Shown: positions 26,210 through 42,762 of the stretch, one piece after another
How the letters are laid out: each line of letters starts with the position of its first letter
How positions within the stretch are numbered: the first letter of the stretch is position 1
Assembly: GCA_951406725.2 (NCBI GenBank)
Contig: OX597821.1
Coordinates: forward strand, 110,546,001-110,610,000
DNA: 64,000 nucleotides
DNA from: Octopus vulgaris
Taxonomy: Eukaryota
Direction of reading: 5' to 3'
The notes under the pieces: generated by a model
Told to the model about the DNA's origin: nothing
What the model saw: the letters and a program-made list of their open reading frames with translations, nothing else
Databases searched by the model: none
Program-made: the position numbers and the translations under genes

Positions 26210-28275
26210 TATCGCTCCAGGGAATAGAGTCTCAATCTCTTGAGTCTTTCCCAGTAGCTTATATGCTGCATAGAGGATAGCGTCTTCATGTAGCTTCGTT
26301 GGATTGCCTCAAGTTCTGCAATTAATTTTACACTGGTTGGTGACCATAGCTGGGAGCAATAGTCAAAGTGGCTTAAGACAAATGTCTTCCAGGGGACCAT
26401 CATGGTTTCCTGATCTCTCGTTTTAAAAGTTCTAAGAATCAGCCACCTGCATTTCATTGCCTACTTAGCAACATGTACATTGAAGGCTGCATTATTCCTC
26501 ATGTAAATACCCAGGTCTCACACCTCCAGATCGGGCGTATTTAATTTGTATTGCATTTAGTTTTGTAAGCTGATAGCATAGGACTTGCAATTTTTCAGCA
26601 TTAAACTGCATGCTATTCTTCTTAGCTCACCTGTATATTTCATCCAACTCATGTTGCAGGTGCATAGCGTCTTCAGGATTCTGTGTCATCAGGTAAATTT
26701 TGTATCTTCTGCATAACTTGTGTTCGTAGCTCACTGTGTGGCTGAGGGCATATCTGAGAGGGCCATTATGAACAGTAGTGGTCCCAGAACAGTGCCCTGC
26801 AGAACACCGCTCAGTATTTGCGTGTCATTGGAGGTGGCCCCATTGGCTTCTACTGCTTGACTCCTATCTTTCAGATAGTTATGCAGCCATTCTCCCAATT
26901 TCCCGACTATGCCGAGATCACGCAGTTTGTGACATATCATTCCATGATCGACTTTATCGAAAGCCTTAGTAAAGAAGAGATATATCACATCTACATTTGA
27001 GCGGTTGCGCAGCTGTTTCAACACCCACTCATAGTGTTGTATGAGTTAAATCAGGCAGCTTCTTCCTGGTCACAAGTTATTCTCCTCAAGGACGATAATT
27101 AGTTTTCTTCTGAATATTCATTCCATAACTTTGCTGATGTGCGAGGTCAAAGAGATAGGCCTGTAGTTTTTGGCCTCTACTCTGCTACCTCCTTTATTGA
27201 TGAGACATATTTTCCCTTCCTTGAGCTTGCTTGGAAGTTCGCCAGTTGCAAGGAAACCCTGGAAGAGAGACTGCAGTGGTCTTGCTAGGACTCGCTTACA
27301 TGCCTTTAGAAGGATTGCTGGGAATTCATCAGGGCCAGTAGCTAAGTTCGGGTTCATTTCATCTATACCCCAATCATCACTGCCTCTGTTTTTATATCTG
27401 CAGTGGTGAAAACGTCAGCTGGATTGCTGATTTGCAAGTGTCCTAGGGGTGGAGTGAAAACTCTTTTGAATTGTTCATTTAGCAATTCACTTATCCTCAT
27501 TTGGTTTCTTGTGAGAGAAGCATCTTTTTCGAGAAGTGGCCCTACCCTGCAGTGCATTGAGGGTGTTTCTTTGGAAAACTTGTAGAAGGCTATGGGGTTA
27601 GATTTTATACTGTCTATAGCCTAGGCTTCTTTGTCTGATCTTTCTTTTTTATGGGGGAGTCGCAGATTTTTTTAATCTCCTGCAGTTGTATTTTCAGGCG
27701 GAATTTTTCACTGCTTTCAATTTGTTTGTTTAGGCGATTTGAAATTTTTGTACACCGCCTCATAAGAACTTTCCTCTCCCTGACGATTTTGTTCTTGTGT
27801 ACTGTGGCCTTTCTCTCCGGAAGACATTTGTAGCATATGACTTGCATTACAGACATGTATTCTTGAAGTTTCATGTCGATATCCGGTGAAGAGAGACATT
27901 TATGCCAGTTTATCAGTTTGCCTTATGGAAGTTCAAACAGGAAAGATTTTGAGAGTTTCTTGTAGACTGTATCTCCATAGTTTCTTTTGGTCCGTACATG
28001 CTCTACCATGTTGTGATCCGAGAGTAGCGTCGGTGTCACTTTCACATTATGGATGAGATCCATATTATTTGTGAAGCAGAGATACAGTATATTACCTGCC
28101 CTAGTTAATTGGAGTACTATTTGATCCATGTACAAAGTGTTCATGAGATCCAGGAGAGACTTTACCTACCTTTGTCCGCAACGCGCCATTCCTGGGGGAG
28201 AAAGGCCCTCAGGCCATCCGAAATTGGACAGATTGAAGTCTCCCATAAAAAGTAAACTTATGTGCTGTTCTATAG
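26210..28275 (-). mobile_element. Decayed CR1-clade LINE ORF2 (AP endonuclease + reverse transcriptase)
   Basis: MGDFN, TRAGNILYLCFTN, SDHN (EN); ATGPD, NYRPISLTS, KAFDKVDH, SGVLQGTVLGPLLF, YCSQLWSP, SYWERLKRLRLYSLER (RT); many stops and frameshifts. Confidence 0.92.
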
Positions 28276-28699
28276 AACTTCTATATTTGTAATATATATA
28301 TAATATGATACATCTAATATAAATACATATATGTGTGTATGTAGAGAGAGAAAAAGAGAAAGAGAGGGACACGTGTATGTATGTATGTATGTATGTATAT
28401 GTATGTATATGTATGTATGTATATGTATATACACTCACACATGAGAGATCTGTATCTGATGTCTCACACTAAAAAACATTGTTACAAACATCGCTGCTAG
28501 AGTAAAGCAATATCGGTGACGTCGCTCCGCTGAAGTTTCACATCGAATAATGAAGACCTTGACATCGCGGTCAACAAGACGTGAACTATTCACAACAGTT
28601 GCTTAATGAAAACTTAATTAAATTCTCATATAATTAATTAATTAAAATACTTTACTTTTCTGTTTCATATTGATTATGTTCGTGTGTATATATATAATT

Positions 28700-28716
28700 A
28701 GAAATATATACATATA

Positions 28717-28782
<66 letters not shown>

Positions 28783-29009
28783 TATATATACACACATATA
28801 TATACATATATATACATATATACATATATGTGTGTGTATATATATATATATACATATATCCATGTATATATATACATATATATACATATATACATATATG
28901 TGTGTGTATATATATATATATATATATACATATATCCATGTATATATATACATATATATACATATATACATATATGTGTGCGTATATATATATATATACA
29001 TACATATAT

Positions 29010-29043
<34 letters not shown>

Positions 29044-29045
29044 AA
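28700..29045. repeat. (TA)-based microsatellite with about 75-bp higher-order units
   Basis: Unit containing TACATATATCCAT recurs three times (about 28851, 28927, 29001). Confidence 0.75.
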
Positions 29046-29435
29046 ACACGGTATTATATTAATCATATATGAATGTATATATTTATGATTAATATGAATA
29101 TATGTACACACACACATATATATATATATATGCTTGTACACACGCATATATTCATACATGTACATATACGTGTCTATACATGTACATATAGACATATAAA
29201 TACATATCTGTCTGTTTTGTATATGTATACTTCATATACATGTATATAAACATGTTTATATATATATACATAAATGTGTGTGTGTGTTTGTGCGTGTGTA
29301 CATACATGTATACGTATATTTATATATATGGATATTAATATATACAAGTGTGCATGTATATATATGTAATATATATATATATATTCGTATATATATGCTT
29401 TTATAATGCATCAATAGGTAAATATCTGTATATAC

Positions 29436-29509
<74 letters not shown>

Positions 29510-30324
29510 GTGTGTATGTGCGTGCGTGCGTGGTGTATATATATATGTATATATATATATATATATTATATGCATGCATATTTGCACATAAATATGCACG
29601 CACAAGCACACTCACATACACACAAACACATACACACAAATACATACACGCAAACATACACACGCAAACATACACACGCACACATATACGCACACACACA
29701 TATATGTATATATAGACATCCACGCATACATATACAATTTCATAATATAATTCAATGTGTTTGTATTTTTGTATAATCCTGACCTTTACATACTTCAGTA
29801 CCTTGTAACGTAAAAATATGTTACATACCATGTTGCACAGAAATGATTTCGTACATTTCCGGTCCCTAGAACCCACCATCTAGAAGATGGTTGGAAAAAA
29901 GAGCAACAGGAAATTTATATAGGGGAGCATAAGACATATAGATGTACACATCGTAAAAATAATACAAACACGCACAGAGAACAAAACGAAATTACAGACA
30001 AGCACAGCATTAAGAAACACGGAAGCCTTAGATACATATAAATGAAACACACTCTCACACACATTTATACACACACAGATATATGTATATAAATATATAT
30101 ATATATATTTGAACTATATATGTATGTATGTATGTATGTATGTGTATATGTATGTATTATGTATGTATGTAATAGCGAATGCGCTTACACTGAAATACCC
30201 AGCTATGCATCTAACACTGAATGAACAAGTGCACACACCAATTTACTGATAAATATACATACCACGTAAGATAAAGTACACATGCACATACACACACATA
30301 CACACACACACACCAAACACATAT

Positions 30325-30545
30325 ATACATAATGGTTTCAAAATTTGGCACAAGGCCAACAATTCTAGGGAAAGCTAAGTCGATTATATCGACTCCAGTG
30401 CTCACCTGGTACTAATTTTATCGACTTAGATAGGACGAATGGCACAGTCGACCACGGTGGTATTCGAACTCAAAACGTAAAGATCGAGGAATGCCACGAA
30501 GCGTTTCACTCGCGTGCTACCGGTTCTTCCAACTCGCAGCCTTGC
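30325..30545 (-). mobile_element. SINE family B, diverged
   Basis: CTGGTACTAATTTTATCGAC...GTCGACC...GAACTCA matches the reverse complement of the family. Confidence 0.7.
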
Positions 30546-31894
30546 AAACATATGTACTTAATAAATATCATTTTATGAATGAACATATTCTCAATGACTA
30601 GATTTAGCCATCATGACTACATACTTACTAACCTCATTTTTTGTACAAATGGCTTTTGTATTTGTTTCTTTTCGTGTAAATTTCAAACATATCATGATCT
30701 CCTGACGTTCTCTTTCCTTTCTTAGTTTTGAAATTATTTTTACGGAATAACACAGAAATATTATTTTCAAATCTATTTTTGAAAAGTCATAAACTGAAAT
30801 ATAGTTTAATACTTTAATTTTGTTTCACAGCTGTTTCAAAAAGATAAACACCACTGTATGTATAGTTACATAATTCTGAAACATAATTCTGGTTAATAAA
30901 ACATAATATTCTTGGTGATTTGGTTACACACAACTTCTAATTTCATTTAAAGTAAATTAATATGAATTATTTATGTATTGCAATTATGAAAATATGCATT
31001 TCCTGATGTTTATCTTAATGAAACAGCTGTTGAATAAAATTTAAAGTATGAACTATTTGCGAAATCTATACTTTTGTTCTTTTATTCTAAACATGTTTAT
31101 CTTTTTAGCCGATAATGTATTGACATACAAATCGGTCCATTAAATTTACTGCCCCACAGTAACGCATCGGGTTCAACGACCTTTTATAAACTGAGCTCGT
31201 AATTACAGCGGATATATATTTTCCAATGTTTATACATTAATTTTCTATATAGATAAACTGAAGTATAATAAGTGGGTAGATTTGTTAATGTCTTACGCAT
31301 TTATTAAATAATGTGGATGCGTTATTGAATATATCATATTCGTGCGAATAACTCCATTTAAACACTTCTTTATGCATTTTGAATAGGTTATTGGCAGTTT
31401 CATACATGACGCCATAGTTATCTTTAATGAGGATCCACCCCATTCTATTGTATCCATATGTAATGTTACATTGTTAGGATCTAAATTGACCTGTAGACCA
31501 AGAATTCAATTTTCAAATATTGGCTGAAGAACCTACTACATAAACACAAACATTCAGTTTTACGTATGTGTGTGTCTATATGTGTGTGTGTGTGTATGTG
31601 TGTCTATATGTGTGTGTGTGTGTGTGTGTGTATGTGTGTGTGTGTGGTGTGTGTGCATGTGGTGAAGTTCATTAGCCCATAGCTGTTTCGACTACTAGAT
31701 GCAATGCACTCATACCGAAGTGTTTATGTATCACCTTATCGCTACGTCAGAGCATCAAATATTCATTCTTCATTTCTGAAACTCCGACGAATCTCTAAAG
31801 TGATACACAAGCACTCAGCTATGAATGCTTTGCCTCTTTTGGCTGAAACAGCTGCAAGCTAATGGCGTTCATTACATAACTTCTTTGTTTTTTT

Positions 31895-32116
31895 TTGTTA
31901 TTCTTTTACTTATTTCAGTATATTTGACTGCGGCCATGCTAGAGCACCGCCTTTAGTCGAGAATATCGACACCAGAGCTTATTCTTTGTAAGCCTAGTAC
32001 TTATTCTATCGGTCTCTTACACCGAACCCCTAGGTTACGGGGACGTAAACACACCATCATCGGTTGTCAAGCGATGTTGGGGTGACAAACACAGGCACAC
32101 AAACATTTGCACACAC

Positions 32117-32201
<85 letters not shown>

Positions 32202-32287
32202 AACGACGGGCTTCCTCCAGTTTCCTTCTACCTAATCCAATCACAAGGCTTTGGTCAGCTCGAGGCTATAGTAGAAGACACTTGCCC
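31895..32287 (-). mobile_element. SINE family A (head truncated) with internal (GATA)n
   Basis: Body 2 and most of body 1 present. Confidence 0.8.
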
Positions 32288-32352
32288 TTTACCTGTACCA
32301 CGCCATCGCGTTGCTTTTTGTGTTTGTTCTTCGTTTTTTTTATTTACCTTTC

Positions 32353-32386
<34 letters not shown>

Positions 32387-32555
32387 TAGAGATGTGTGTA
32401 TATATATATATATATATATAAAATATTATTAGAGACAAAACCACTATTTTGCAAAACAAACAAGGAAAGACTTAATCAATACATAAAATTTTAATAAATA
32501 GTCAAAAAAACCGCCACTACAATTGTTTCTTGTCTTGATCGACAATCTTCATACT

Positions 32556-32755
<200 letters not shown>

Positions 32756-32908
32756 TATACGTTTATATGTACGTTTCGAATTCATATTTGATACCTCGTT
32801 AACCTATCTCTGGTTGGAGAAGACAGTGATAGCGCAGCACAAACTGAGGATTGAATTGCAGATCTTTACATAGAGTCGGAGATTTCAGTTAAAGGCCTAC
32901 TGCTGGAT

Positions 32909-32955
<47 letters not shown>

Positions 32956-33329
32956 TATGCATTGCATTGCATGCATATAGGAGAGGTTGTGTGAATGGCT
33001 GTCCAGAAGATAAATAAATTTGGCGTCACTCTCAAGACAGCCTGGCATATTTCACACAATTTCTTCTGTTCGAATTGTAACAATAATACAAACATTGTTT
33101 GAAATAATAAAATGAGGCAGAATTACCGCGATTGTAATTAAGATACACGTACAAGGGTGCTTGTACGTGTATGTAGGAACGTATATATATGTATATGCAT
33201 GTATGAAGATGTATCAATATGTGTGTGTATATACATATATGTAGATATATAGATAGATAGATAGACAGATAAATACATAGATTGTCAGATAGATAGATAG
33301 TTTATATATACATTATGTACATATAAACT

Positions 33330-33448
33330 TACATTATTCTTTGTAGGCCTAGTACTTATTCTATCGGTCTGTTTTGCCGAACCGCTAGTTTACGAGAACG
33401 TAAACACGCCAGCATCGGTTGTCAAGCGATGCTGGGGGGACAAACACA

Positions 33449-33498
<50 letters not shown>

Positions 33499-33633
33499 CA
33501 TATATACGACTGACTTATTTCAGTTTCCGTCTACCAAATCCACTCACAAGGCTTTGGTCGGCTCGAGTGGGGCTGAACCCGGAACTATGTGGTTGGTAAG
33601 CAAGCTACTTACCACACAGCCACTCCTACGCCT
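33330..33633 (-). mobile_element. SINE family A with internal deletion
   Basis: Both halves recognisable. Confidence 0.75.
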
Positions 33634-34955
<1,322 letters not shown>

Positions 34956-34970
34956 ATATATATATGCATG

Positions 34971-35032
<62 letters not shown>

Positions 35033-35123
35033 TACGTGTGTGTATGCATATATATGTATATATATGTACATATATATGCATATGTATATATATATATATG
35101 TATATATATATATGTGCATATAG

Positions 35124-35159
<36 letters not shown>

Positions 35160-35477
35160 GTATATAAAAAGGTAGAATATAACTGGTTTATATATACACC
35201 CATATGTATATGTGTGTGTGTAATTATTTATTTACATATACATATATATCTACGCACACGCACGCACACACATACACACACATACACACAAATTATTTAC
35301 ACATATGTACGTACGTATGTACGTATGTATGCATACATGCATGCATGCATGTAATTTGAAGACACTTACCGAAGAAGCTGCATTCCAAATTATTACCACT
35401 CGTGTTATTTTAACTATGCTAATATGTTTTGTAAGTTGAACTGCTTCACCAAATCTAACCAGTTTATCATCTATACT

Positions 35478-35529
<52 letters not shown>

Positions 35530-35867
35530 CTATCTGTCTGTCTATCTATCTCTCTTATGTACTCACTGTATCTAGCTTACTCTTTTACTCCATGTCTGTG
35601 TATCACCCTCACTCTATTTCTGCTTTCATTTTTATTACTTTGTTTTATCTTCGTATCTCCAATTTACTTCAATACATAATAACGACATTGAGAGCAATCA
35701 TTATCCAATCACTGCTTATAACATAAATTGGCAAAACATTATTTTCGTAATTCAATATACTACAGGGTGGAAGCGTATATTTGCGAATGTATGATTTCAT
35801 CTACGTATGATTATTTGAAGTCTACCTCTGAGGAAGGAGCTATTTTCTAACAAAGATATGAAGCTCC

Positions 35868-36265
35868 GTCGTCGGAATGTAGTACTTGTGGCAACATTCA
35901 CCCTGGGCGGGTTGAGTCGGCGTCTTCTACCACCCTCGAGGCATCGAAGAAGTTTCGTGGGAATATGTGGATTTCACAAGCGGTCCCCAACAATCCCGTA
36001 TGTAGAGACATCCTGTTTGCCGCAGATTGTCCGCAGACGCAGGGACAGAACGACCGAGGAGCCGTCGGTTGCCGAAACAGACACTTCGAGGATTTTCACG
36101 AGAGCCCGTCTGCCGGTTTGTGGCCCCAATACCACTCGGTGTCAGACCAATCCGCCTTGGGTGGCCCTACCAGGAACCGAAGTTCCCGACGGCATAGCTC
36201 TGACACTACCCGTCGCCAGCGTCCCCACCACAATGAGGAGGGGATGGACTTTGGGGACGCAATGT
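35868..36265 (-). mobile_element. 5' UTR fragment of an RTE-clade LINE or derived element
   Basis: GAGCTATGCCGTCGGG...CCTGGTAGGGCCACCCAAGGCGGA resembles RTE/BovB/Expander 5' UTRs; GC-rich island. Confidence 0.55.
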
Positions 36266-36761
36266 AGATAACAAAAGCACTGATTTGCATATGTTTACTG
36301 TTCTGCTTACAGGTTGCATTTATAATATTCATGTCAGCTGGTTGATTTCTTTCTTTAAATCATTTAACTTTTCTAGATTGTGACTTAACCAGTTACTAAT
36401 AAATGTCCTCGAATTATTATTGATAATAAATATCAATTTATAAACTGAATATAGAACTTGGATGTTTCCAAGCAGTTCTCCCTTTTCTCTCTTTGTGTTT
36501 TGAAGGGAAATTCGAAACAGCAGAGTAGCTGACCCCTATGGTGGCACCTACATTTTCTTTTGTGATGGTATATACTTTTACCTCCCCCAAACAGCGATAT
36601 CCTGAGTGTTATGTTCGCATTTGGTAGAAATTTTCATGAAAATGTTTCACTAATATTCCTGGTGCTGATGTTTATTTATGTATTCAATAACAGTGCAATT
36701 CTTTACATTTATCCCAGCGCAGCCTTTTTTCCGATGGCATTCTATTACGTTTTAGCGACAA

Positions 36762-37471
36762 CTAGCAGTATAACCCGGCCTTGCCCGGGATTAAGTTACG
36801 ATTATTAAGCTAATCAAGTTCTTTATTTCAAACCAAACTAAGTAATATCGATTCTCAACAAAACACTTTTTACTCAGCGTAAAATAAAAACAAAACTATT
36901 TCGCACCCAAAGTAATGTGTGTGAGAGTGAGAGATGGGTGGGGAGAAAGATGGATGATTTAAAATAAATAATTGATTTAAAATAAATATATTGTAATTGT
37001 TGTGTGAGAAAGTATATATACTATGATTATAAACTATAGTGTCTTTCAAAAGCATCCTGAATTTGAACATACGTGTTTAAGAAAAAACAAAGCATTTTAC
37101 ATTTTATTTTTTATGAACGTCGTCACTTACTCTCTCTCTCTCTTCCCTCTCTCTATCTCTCACTTTGTCTTTCCCTTTTTTTGTCTAGACGCCGTGAAAC
37201 CCTCTTCCACTTTGTTTATCTTGTTTTTTTTTTGTTAGACACCGTCAAAAAGCTATGGCTGATATTTTTTATGGCTAAAAGCTATGGCTGAAAATAGAAT
37301 TTTACCGCTATCCGCGGGTGTCTCGGGAAAAAAATAAGTTGACAAAACCCAGATAGGGTTTTGACGAATGTTCCCCTGAAGTTTGAGCGACATGCGTGCT
37401 AATTTGTGAACGTGCATAAATTACAATCACGTACACACACACACACGCACACACATCATGCCTTTTATAGA
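36762..37471 (-). mobile_element. Non-autonomous Helitron
   Basis: Minus strand A|TCTATAAAAGG ... CCCGGGCAAGGCCGGG hairpin, TTATACTG-CTAG|T; no TSD. Confidence 0.75.
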
Positions 37472-37792
37472 TATGATGTCACGTTGCATTGAGAGGTAGT
37501 ACTTTGTGTTATTTTGGAATAGCTGTTGTCTCCATGTGTGACGTCTTCCACACATATGTGACACGATCTATATTTTTGCTTGCATCTTGAAGCCACAAGA
37601 GTTTCGCCGTCGCTTTTATTTATCAGGTATTTTTTTTATTAGCAATCTCTTACTCCTGCATTGCAAACACATGGCCTTCGAAGTGTCATGCAAGTGTTGT
37701 ACATCTCAGAAAGGCTATACTGCACTTCATGTCCATATTTGTGTCGTCTCAGGTATTCGGGAAACATACCGAGGCATACTCGTTTTATGGGA

Positions 37793-37945
37793 TACGAGGG
37801 GGTGCTGAGAAGTTCCTGCTTTGGGTGAAAGAAAATACAGGAAGATCAGTTAATTATGATTTTATTCAACATATTCCCTCTCAGATTCATACACTTATTG
37901 CAGCGGTTCTTCAGTTTTTCTAAGCTCTGTAAAAGAACTCGGCAG
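37793..37945. mobile_element. Mariner-like terminal fragment
   Basis: TA-CGAGGGGGTGCTGAGAAGTTCCTG, related to 9745. Confidence 0.55.
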
Positions 37946-38002
37946 ATATATATATATATATATGTATATGTATGTATATGTATGTATATATATATATATA
38001 CT

Positions 38003-38215
38003 ATTCTACTCTAGGTACAAGGCCTGAAATTTTGTGGGAGGAGCCAGTCGATTAGATCGACCCTAGTACGCAACTGGTACTCAATTTATCGACCTTGAAA
38101 GGATGAAAGGCAAAGTCTACCTCGGCGGAATTTGAACTCAGGACGTAAAGGCAGACGAAATAGCGCTAAGTATTTCACCCGGCGTGCTAATGTTTCTGCC
38201 AGCTCATCACCGCCT
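38003..38215 (-). mobile_element. SINE family B, full length
   Basis: Reverse complement of 49868-50088. Confidence 0.85.
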
Positions 38216-38326
38216 TTATATTTACAAATATATACATATTTATATATACATATAAATATATATATATTTTTTTTTTTATTTGTTTCTCTAGTTTCAGCTC
38301 ACAAGCTGCGGCCATGCTGGGGCACC

Positions 38327-38375
<49 letters not shown>

Positions 38376-38410
38376 AAGTATATGTATATATAGATATATA
38401 TATTATATAT

Positions 38411-38488
<78 letters not shown>

Positions 38489-39068
38489 TATGAAGTTAGA
38501 TGTTTATGTAAGTCTGTTATTATTCTGAGATTCAAAAGTTGTGTCTAAGACTTTGTGAAACTAAAACTAATATCTGTAAATGCTGGGGACACGAACAATC
38601 ATCTGTGTCTTTGATATGGCGATTACATTATATTATACATTATGTAGTATAGTCATTATTACAGAAAATCTAAGGTAAGGAAGCAAATTAGTTTGAAGCG
38701 TTAACGATTTAGGTAGAATGATAATACAAATTAATCGCTAACGTAAATCAATGTTAAAGTTATCCGTTATGGTAACCGCATGAGGCATGCCAACAAGAAT
38801 ATCTACAAGCTTATCGATAAGTATATAAGCTGCTATACAATGTGATAAATCTATGTAACTTTGATAAATCTTTACTGTATTAACTTGCGGCGGTATAATA
38901 TTTTATGCGAGAGCGCGCCACAATTAGAGATAGTATGTGTGTATATGTGTATATGTGTATGTGTATATGTGCGTGCCTGTCTGTATTCCGTTGGGGTGAA
39001 TGCTTGTGTACATGTGAACACATACATAGATTTGTGTTTTGTATATGTCTGCACATACATACACACAT

Positions 39069-39119
<51 letters not shown>

Positions 39120-39654
39120 TACATAATTCATATACATAGATTTAAACATAGTTATGTATATATATATGTGTGTGTTTGTATGTATATATGAAATTACGCT
39201 GGTGTGTGTTCTGTGCGTACGTGTAGCGCATGCGTGGAATACATCAAATCAGTATATAATCGGCTTAATGAATTATGAGCGCTCATAATAGCATTACGCT
39301 GTCCAAAGCCAAATATCTTCAATGGATCTTCTTATTGGCTTAACTAACTACTTCCTTACCTTTCTTCCTTCCTTCATACCATTCCACCCGCCTCGCTACC
39401 TCCCAACCTACCCTCCTACCTGTCTCTCTGTCCCCATGCCATGCAAAGTTCCTTCTATGTGGTAGAGTGACCTGCTAGAAATATTAGCCAAATCTTTTTC
39501 CTATCACGTCCTACTGTCTATTAAATCATGCTAATGTAATCTACTTGCCCCGTTCCCTCAAAATTGCCGGCTTTGTGACAAAATTCGAAAAATTATTATT
39601 ATCATTATTATTATTATTATTATTACTATTATTATTATTATTATCATTATCATT

Positions 39655-40115
39655 GAATGAGAGAGCAGTGACACTGGGGTAAGCCCAGTATACCCATCAT
39701 CACTACCCGTCTCATAAGGGTACACCAGGCACATGCATCACAACCATATGTGCGTGACATGGTGATCTCATATCAAGATAATCAGCAAATGACCTTGCAG
39801 GTGGGCCTAGTTACAATTTTCTTCTAGTCGAGTAGCCCATCCCGCTCAAAAGGTCACTGAATATGGATTGTTTAAAGATGTTGAAAGAACCACCCATGTT
39901 TCCAAAGGTGAATTATCCAAACCTCTAAAAATTCCTTTCAACACATGGCTATGATGATCCCCCACTACTTCTGCTCGTGATTAGAGATGCACATGTCATC
40001 AGCCACTAAGTGACATGGTAAACTGGTTAAGGTCAAACAACTGACAAGCAAATCTGTGCTATTGAGCAGAATATTTGCTGTAGGCCATCTTTTATACCAA
40101 AACAAAACAATGTAC
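39655..40115 (-). mobile_element. Family T retroposon, longest copy
   Basis: Colinear with 5375-5818; adjoins (TTA)n. Confidence 0.8.
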
Positions 40116-40215
40116 ATAACGCTGTAGGTTACGGGGAAAAAAATACATCAACACCGGTTTTCAAGCGGTGGAGGGGGACAAACACAGACGCATAGTCACA
40201 CACGCATATGTAAAT

Positions 40216-40246
<31 letters not shown>

Positions 40247-40299
40247 AATGCACAGATACACATATATATGTTGCATGTATGAAAAAATATTTGTGTGTA

Positions 40300-40347
<48 letters not shown>

Positions 40348-40356
40348 GGGTGGGGT

Positions 40357-40638
40357 GGAGGCGCAACGGCCCAGTGGTTAGGGAAGCGGTCGTAGGATCG
40401 CGGTTTCGATACCCAGACCGGGCGTTGTGAGTGTTTATTGAGCGAAAACACCTAGAGCTCCACGAAGCTCCGGCAGGGGTTGGTGGCGAACCCTGCTGTA
40501 CTCTTTCGCCACAACTTTCTCTAAGTCTTTCTTCTGTTGGCCTGCTCGCTTAGCCAGCGGAGTGGCGTCATTTGAAGGCTAAAACAATTGTGACCAGCGA
40601 TGTGTAGCAACATCTGATAGCCTGGTCGGTCATGGTGA
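40357..40638 (+). mobile_element. tRNA-derived SINE family C
   Basis: GGCCCAGTGGTTAGG A box, GGTTTCGATACCC B box; inserted in the internal microsatellite of a family A SINE (40120-40200 and 40653-40820). Confidence 0.8.
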
Positions 40639-41370
40639 TATGTATATATATATACGACGGGCTTCTTCCAGTTGTCGTCTACCAAATCCACTCACAAGGC
40701 TTTGTTCGGCCCGTGGCTATAGTAAGAGACGTGTGCCCAAGATGTCATACAGTGGGACTGAACCCGACATCATGGGATTGGAAAGCAAGCTTCTTACCAC
40801 ACGGCCACGCCCTGCGCCTATATTTGAATTTTATGCATAATGTTTTGGTATGAATGTAAGTTGATATCCCTTTGTAAATACATAGATCTGAAAGACTCAT
40901 CGTAGCTTTATCAGACTTGCTAACAAAATATCGCAGTGTTATCCGCTTTCTCACTGTTAATAGAAATAATGTGTCTAACAGAGAATAGCAATTTCGTAAT
41001 AATGTTCATTTGACACTGTGCGCACATCCAATCGACATTATATGCGCAAATGGAAGTACTGGAATATAGAGATATGCATATATAAAAGTATAAACACTAA
41101 TACATACATACATACATACATACATACATACATACATACATGTAAGTATGAATTCATATATACATACATGCATACATACATACATATATGTATACATACA
41201 TACATATATATATATACATACATACATACATGTAAGTATGCATTCATATATGCATACATGCATACATACATGCATATACACATACATGCATACATACAAA
41301 CATATATACATACATACATATATACATACATACATATGTACATACATACATACATACATACATACATACA

Positions 41371-41416
<46 letters not shown>

Positions 41417-41505
41417 CATACTTTGATCTTCCTGTGCTGCTCTTTTCGATGTTTATCATTCTCATGTTATATATAATTATATACGTACAAACACGTGTTT
41501 ATATG

Positions 41506-41569
<64 letters not shown>

Positions 41570-42116
41570 CATGTATATACATATATATATACATACAGAG
41601 AGAGAGTGAGAATTATGCACCTATATTCCATATTCAATTTTTATGGATGCAAATATATGTAAATGCGTCTCTTGTATATTAGAACGATGGTTATTTTATT
41701 TGTTCTCTCAACGAAACCACTTACTTATACCATAATGCAAATGGTTACATATTCAACACACATTTCTACCATTAATTGTATTCTGCAGACAGAAACGATG
41801 TAAAAACTTGGATGACAAGCCAAGCACAGTTCACCTTGAATGTTTCTGTTAACAGCTCGCATTCCAGAGACAATGGCGCCATTAATGTAATTCCCAGACG
41901 GAATCAGTATAAAACTCTCGGTCACGAGACACGCACTGTCCACCTTGGATTATAGCAAAGACGGTTCGTATTCTAGAGATAGTAATGCCATCAGCATTCC
42001 TTCACAACCATGTGATTCCAGGTTCAGTCCCTCTATATGGCGCAGATTTGGTTTCTATATCTTCGAGCCAAAGAAAGCCTTGAGTGAAATTGGTAGACGC
42101 AAACAGGAAGTAATTC

Positions 42117-42189
<73 letters not shown>

Positions 42190-42195
42190 TATATA

Positions 42196-42762
42196 TTGGG
42201 TTGTCCGGAAAGTTCGTGCCGACTTTTAAAGGAAAGAAAAAGGTCAGTAAATACTTGCCATTACATTTTTAATCAACCAAATATGAACCATTTTGTTGCA
42301 CAATGCGTCTCCATCTTTCCTTTAACTTGAAAATACCCTCTTCCCAGAATTGAGGTGGTTTCATGGCAAAGAATTCATCAAGGTATCTTTTTACGTCATC
42401 CAAGGAATTGAAATTTTTACCATTAAGACTATTCTGCAGAGACCTAAATAAGTGGAAATCCGAAGGAACAATATCTGGTGGATATGGAGGGTGGGGTAAC
42501 ACATCCCAGCCGAGCTGCAGTAATTTTTGTCTGGTTTCCAAATCATCAAGTGCCGAAAATGAACTTTCTTATCTTCCATTTTAAAGGGTTACAGGATTAA
42601 CACAGGTTATAGGAACCTAAACCTTCTTCCACGAAAAGATTGCTTAAACTGTGCTCTAAATGGAGGTGTAGTCAAATCCTTTTTTTATGGACTCAAGCAT
42701 TTTCTAAAATAAGTCGAAAGGTAAGCTACTATAAATCGGCACGAACTTTCCGGACAACCCAA
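42196..42762 (-). mobile_element. Internally deleted mariner (DD34D) element
   Basis: 27-bp TIRs TTGGGTTGTCCGGAAAGTTCGTGCCGA, TA flanks; N-terminus MEDKKVHFRH joined to LGWDVLPHPPYPPDIVPSDFHLFRSLQN. Confidence 0.93.

Noticed and set aside
36215-36262. HDV-like ribozyme at the RTE-like 5' end (GCGTCCCCA/TGGGGACGC helix)
   Set aside because: Could not assign P2, P3, P1.1 and the catalytic C convincingly by eye
35858-36271. 137-aa GC-rich ORF as a host exon
   Set aside because: No recognisable domain; the opposite strand resembles an RTE 5' UTR
41789-41955. Possible exon after TTCTGCAG
   Set aside because: No clear donor or domain, and its 3' part resembles 43174-43230, suggesting a repeat
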